DNA from: the human T2T-CHM13v2.0 reference genome, Homo sapiens
Length of the DNA stretch: 64,000 nt
NCBI RefSeq assembly: GCF_009914755.1
Contig: NC_060938.1
Reading direction: 5' to 3' (one strand)
The position numbers and the translations under genes were made by a program. Under the pieces are notes generated by a model. The model was not told where the DNA came from. It saw nothing but the letters and a program-made list of their open reading frames with translations, and made no database searches. Positions within the stretch are counted from its first letter, which is position 1. Every line of letters begins with the position of its first letter. This document shows, in pieces, positions 58,372 through 64,000 of this stretch.

Positions 58372-59249
58372 GTCGGGACAGAAGTGGCCATGACCTTCCT
58401 CAAGCAGGGACTGTGGTGGAGCCCACCTTATCCAGCACAAGGTGGCCTGCTGACTTCTGGTGACAGTGATGCCAACTTCCTGGCTGTCCAAGGTTCAAAT
58501 CTTGGTCTTAATCCTCCTGGCCTTCTCTCATCAATGGCCAGAGCCACCCTAGCTAACAAGGTGCCCAGGGACTCCGGGGTGGGAGAAGTCCAGCTTCTTC
58601 TTAGCTGAGGACATTTGAGTCTCGTCACAGCCCCCAAAAGAATACTCATTTTTGTAGCTGGAGGGCCTGGCCTCTGTCTATCTTTGCTTTTCCAGAAGCT
58701 GACAAGTACCTGCCGGAAAAACTGCCTCTTTTCCCTCCCGTGCTTGGAGCAGGCATTGCTGACAGATCACAGCTGCTGGGCCCAAAGGTCCCTTTGCACG
58801 CGGGACTTCAGGAAGTTGCTGCTGACCTATGGGAGTTGGTGCAGAAAGATGAAATTTGTTATCCTTGGCTGTATCAACTCTCTCTCCTCTCCTTGGTGGT
58901 GATAGTTTTGTTCTTAAAAGCCTCTTGTGAGAGAATTTGTGGATGAAGAACCTGTAAGATCACAAGTGAAACAATTTATTGATGTCAATAGATTTATACA
59001 CGTTCATTAAGAATCAAAACTAAACTAAAACATCAGTCTGACTAAAGAGACCACCACAGATATTTCATATGCTGTACATCAGTAACAAAGGGTACCAAAT
59101 AGTTAATATCCATGTACTAGTCACATGAGAAATGTTTTAGGGTCATTGACCAGTGTAGTCAGTACAGTGGTCCCATGGTATTTGTGGGGGATTGGTTCCA
59201 GGAATCTCTTGGACACCAACTCCGTGGATGATCAGACAATATAAAATGT

Positions 59250-59541
59250 GGGTCAGGTGCGGTGGCTCATACCTGTAATCCCAGCATTTTGCGAGAATCA
59301 CTTGAGGCCAGTTCAAGATCAGCCTGTGCAACATAGCGAGACTCCACCTCTAAAAAAAAAAAAAAAAAAAAAATTAGCCCAGTGCAGCGGTGTGCACCTG
59401 TAGTCCCAGCTTCTCATGAGGTTGAGGTGAAAAGATCACTTGGGCCCAGGAGTTTGAGGCTGCAGTGAGCTGTGACTGCCACTGCACTCCAGCCTGAGTG
59501 ACAAAGCAAGTCCCTGTCTCTTAAAAAATAAAATAAAATAA
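59250..59541 (+). mobile_element. AluJ with small internal deletions
   Basis: Sense dimer with gggcccaggagtttgaggctgcagtgag. Confidence 0.85.
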
Positions 59542-59638
59542 TAGCATTTGAATGTAACCTACACACATCTCCCATATACTTTAAATCATCTGTAGATTGC
59601 TTATAATACCTAATACACTGTAAATGCTATGTAAATAG

Positions 59639-60153
<515 letters not shown>

Positions 60154-60555
60154 TGACGTGTCGTGGGAAGAGTGTGGCCTCCAGGGCCCACCAACCTAAG
60201 CTTCAATTCCAACTCCACTCCTGCGGACCAGTTACTTCCTTGAGGTCCATTCTTCTCATTTGCAAAATGGGAGAACAACTTTTCCTCAGGTTGCTGGGAA
60301 GATTAAACAAGATCGTGATTCAGAATGCTTAGCATGTATGCTCATGACACACTTAAAGAATGCCGGCTACCCTTTCTGTTCCCCTTGCCACACTTACTCC
60401 CTCGCTACCTTCTCTGTGGGGGTCCTTCTTCCGAAAGTCAATATATTTCTGATTTAAGACTTGGCCTCTCTGAGCCCCACCATGGTGACTCTTGATTTGA
60501 ATGTAGATATCCCACATCTCAATGTAGATGAAAAGGTGGAGCTGAAAATTTATAC

Positions 60556-60718
60556 CAGAGTCAGATCCAGGTTTTAGGGGTCCTGGAACCTATACAATTT
60601 GGGGCGCCTTCTTACAGAGCTATAAATTCTAAATTCAGCTCAGGGTCTTGGAAGGTACCTGGGCAAGTGAGGGGGCCTGGAGCTTAAGTTTCACTCGCTT
60701 CTCGGCAAATCCCCTTTG
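60556..60718. mobile_element. hAT-Tip100 (Zaphod-derived) MITE
   Basis: cagatccaggtttt...tatacaatttgggg...gcaagtgagggggcctggagcttaag...aaatcccctttg. Confidence 0.55.
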
Positions 60719-60749
60719 ATCCACCCACGTTAGAATTTCACATGCAGTA

Positions 60750-61146
60750 GGCCGGGCACGGTGGCTCACACCTGTAATCCCAGCACTTTGGGAGGCTGAG
60801 GTGGGCAGCTCACTTGAGGTCAGGAGTTTGAGACCAACCTGGCCAATACAGTGAAACCCCGTCTCTACTAAATTACAAAAATTAGTCAGGCGTGGTGGCG
60901 GGTGCCTGTAATCCCAGCTACTCAGGAGCCTGAGGCAGGAGAATGGCTTGAACCTGGGAGGCAGAAGTAGCAGTAAGCCAAGATCATGCCACTGTACTCC
61001 AGCCTGGGTGACAGAGTGAGACCTTGTCTCCTTGTCTCCAAAAACAACAACAAACAAACAAAAAATACAACAATAAGAAATACACATTTTAAAAAACTAT
61101 ACAGAATAACAACTATTTACATATTTTAAGACTGTGTCTTAAAAAA
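60750..61146 (+). mobile_element. AluS with a chimeric 3' end (see findings)
   Basis: S-type body; its tail and flank are copied from the opposed AluJ at 59683. Confidence 0.85.
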
Positions 61147-61569
61147 TTCCACACAAGTGAGCTGGGGCTTAGGGACCTTTCTGTTTGTGTGCCTCAGAGC
61201 CTAGACGCAATGCTTTCCTCCACGAAGACCTCCCTGGGGGCTTTCTGGAAGTCCCAAGAGCAGAGCCTGGGGAAGGGAGACCCATAGGGAGGGCAATGCC
61301 CTGACCCCCTCACCCATGCCCAAGTGCGTCAGTTCAGGACGAGAGTGGGGAAAGCCCTGTACTTTGCCAAGGCCGCTCTTGAAACCCAGCCGACATCCCA
61401 TCAGAAGGCTCCCTTACATGTCCTCTGCTGTGGGACTGAGATGGCACCCTGGCCCCTCCCCTGGAGCCAGAAGGCAATGGAGCAGGGGTCCATGGAGCCT
61501 GCCAGGCCCACCCGAGCATGTTCAGCTCAGAGATGCAGCTCCCAGCTCCAGGCCTGGGCCCCAACCCAC

Positions 61570-62082
61570 CTCTGCCTCCTTCTCTTTCTGGTCCTCCTCC
61601 CCTCTTCTCCTTCCTCCTCTCTTCCCCCTCCTCCATCTTCCCCCTTCTCCTCCCTCCTCCCCTCTTCTCCTGCCCCTCTAGGTTCCTTCCCCCTCCTCTT
61701 CCCCCTTCTCCCTCTTCCTCCTCCTCTCCTCTTCCCCCTCCTCTCCTCTCCCCCTCCTCTCCCTTTCTCCTGCCCCTCTAGGTTCCTTCCCCCTCCTCTT
61801 CCCCATTGTCCCTCTTCCTTCTCCTCTCCTCTTCCCCTTCCTCTCCTCTCCCCCCTCCTCTCCTCTCCCCCTCCTCTGCTCTGCCCCTCCTCTCCCTTTC
61901 TCCTGCCCCTCTAGGTTCCTTCCCCCTCCTATTCCCCCATCTCCCTCCTCCTCCCTCCCTCCTCCTCCCTCCCTCTTCCTCCTCCTCCTCCCTTCCTCCC
62001 CTCCTCTCCCCTTCTCCTGCCCCTCTAGGTTTCTTCCTCCTCCTCCCCACCTCCTTCTCTACCTCCTCCCCTTCCCTCTCTC
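61570..62082. repeat. C/T-rich polypyrimidine minisatellite, four ~100-133-bp units
   Basis: Anchor tgcccctctagg at 61671, 61771, 61904 and 62018; almost no purines on the + strand. Confidence 0.9.
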
Positions 62083-63004
62083 CAGCCTCCCCGGGGTAGA
62101 TGGGCTCTGGAGACCTCTTCTCTCTCTAGAGGTGTCTGCTAGAGTCTACAGGACCCGCCACCCACAGCCCCTCATGCTAACACAGGCCCAGCTGAGGCAT
62201 TCTGGTTATGACGGAGCTGTCCAGTTGCCTGGAAAGGGCTGACAGCAGACACAGCCCTGGTCGGGCAGAGCAAGTCCCCGGCCAGCTGGTGAGGGGATGG
62301 GCCCGAGCCAGGTAATTATTGCCTGGTGCAGAGGTCGAAAGCCGCAGAGCGGCTGATGTACTAACGAAACACAAATGGGACATCTGTGTTCAGGAGTTCA
62401 GCAAACCATGGAAAACCCAGCTTTGCCAAGAGTTTATCTACTACTGAGATCAGGGACACTCCTGCAGCTAAGGGAGCAGTGCGCACACCAGAAGCCGTTT
62501 CCCCTGCTGCTCCACTTTCCCCTGCTGCTCCGCACACCCTTTATCTAGGGGCATGGCAACTTTTTCTTCCCTGGGAAATTGTTGGAGCTGGAAGTGTGTT
62601 CACCTGTGGAGCGCCCTTTCCTGGTAGTTTGGAAAGCCCTGATGCCAGGCCTTTGGATGCGCTCCTGGGGAGGGATGGTGGTGAGGGTGTGTTTGCCTCC
62701 CCACAGGTCTGGATCCGCTTGGTCCAAGCTTACCACTTGGTCTGAGCAGATTGGGGCCTTTGCCTTCCCAAGCAGCACCAACACAGGGCATGTGGACACC
62801 TCTGAAGGCAGAGCCAAGAGGGCCCCAGGAAGGGGCCGAGTCCACACGTTTACCAAGCAGATTGTCAGAAAGAGGAGTGAGGGGGTGCCTAGAAACTGGG
62901 GTTCTCTCAGACCTGCATGCACGGCCAGCGCAACCTCTACACGTCACATGCCTGCTGGGCCCCAGGTCACACCTGTAAAATGAGAGCGTGGCTGAGGGCC
63001 GTGT

Positions 63005-63500
63005 GTTCATTCGGACTCAAGCAACAGAAACCGACTCTGTCTTATCTGACAAAAACAAAAAAAGAGTCTCCTGGCAGGAAGTGAGGGTGTTTTGTGGACT
63101 ACAGGAGGCACTGGCCCAGGAAGAATAGGTAGCCGTGGGGACTGGGGCAGCAGGAGGCGGTGGCCGTCTTCTGGGGGCCCAGCCCTTACAGGACTCAACT
63201 TCAGTGCCCACTGCCCTGTGTCTTGGTACCACCAGGTGTCAATTCCCAAACTCTGGTGGGCAGACTCTTTGGCCCATCCACTTGGGTGTCTTTCCAGTGC
63301 ATGGGTGGGGGATACTCAGGACCTGGACTGCACAGGGTGCTACTTCTGGAAGAGGGGGAAATTGCAGAGAGCCAGCCAACCATGACATGAATACTGCAGC
63401 ATCGTGACGTGCAACTACAAATGGGTGTGCCTATCTCATTGGGGTCCAAAGCCAGGACAGCCAAGGCCCTAGCCTGGCTCTGCACTCCTGAATCTGTGCC
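63005..63500 (-). mobile_element. Possible old MLT1-type LTR
   Basis: The start gcaacagaaaccgactc resembles an antisense MLT1 end; heavily diverged. Confidence 0.35.
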
Positions 63501-64000
63501 TCACTCGCAGCCCCCACTTACCCTGGGGCCATGCTTGAGCTGGGGACCAATGCTTTAGGAAGCACACTGCAACTGCAGTCCACATTTGCCCTCAGGAGGC
63601 TGCTGCTTCTATAACCACGATGGCTAACGCATGCTGGGGGCCCAACCCTAGCACCTCCCAGATTGTTTGCTAGGTGCCAATTACGGGACTGGGGTCTTAG
63701 CTGACAGTTGCTGTGGCTCATGGCAGTGGCATCAGGACCCACCTACCCCTCCCCCCGCTCTGCCAGCTAATGGTGGCCAAGTAGGGATGGGGGTTGGCTT
63801 TCCTGAGGCTGAGGCTGAGTCTGGGCTGTGTGGCCCTCCCCAGGCAGCAGGGCGTGAGAGTCAAGCCATGCTGAAACTGCCCCATGAGCTGAGGCTGTAC
63901 TTCCAGCAGGGCCTGTGCAAGTGCTGGTCTTAGAGGGGCCAGAGTGTGGTCCACAGTCAGGAACGTGAGGCCAAGAGATGGATCTTGAGAGATCCAACTC

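Noticed and set aside
61316-62099. Pro/Leu/Ser-rich and Glu/Gly/Arg-rich ORFs up to 196 aa
   Set aside because: Artefacts of the stop-free C/T low-complexity array.
62499-62531. 18-bp tandem duplication (ttcccctgctgctcc x2); similar short ones near 33540 and 34565
   Set aside because: Ordinary slippage products with no functional context.

Overview
Primate DNA, almost certainly human: the 3' half of PAPOLA (canonical nuclear poly(A) polymerase alpha) on the + strand, followed by about 33 kb of repeat-rich, apparently non-coding DNA. Eleven coding exons (12-22 of the 22-exon gene, numbered back from the last exon) splice in frame with GT-AG boundaries to give 1208 nt of CDS, G344 to R745 plus stop, matching the 745-aa human protein as I recall it. 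The 3' UTR runs to about 30715 and ends in a UGUA-rich AATAAA site. The rest of the window contains Alu, MIR, L1, L2, LTR and DNA-transposon fossils, a CpG-island-like promoter at about 56.0-56.8 kb and a polypyrimidine minisatellite. I see no second protein-coding gene and no clearly new biological system. The best leads are: (i) a ~110-bp inverted template-switch insertion between two opposed Alus; (ii) an orphan NRF1/GC-box CpG island with a spliced-lncRNA-like layout; (iii) a locally duplicated MIR in which one copy appears to have gained CpGs; (iv) intron-12 poly(A) signals that would yield a truncated PAP and may be autoregulatory. Repeat subfamily calls and boundaries were made by eye from remembered consensus sequences and are approximate.
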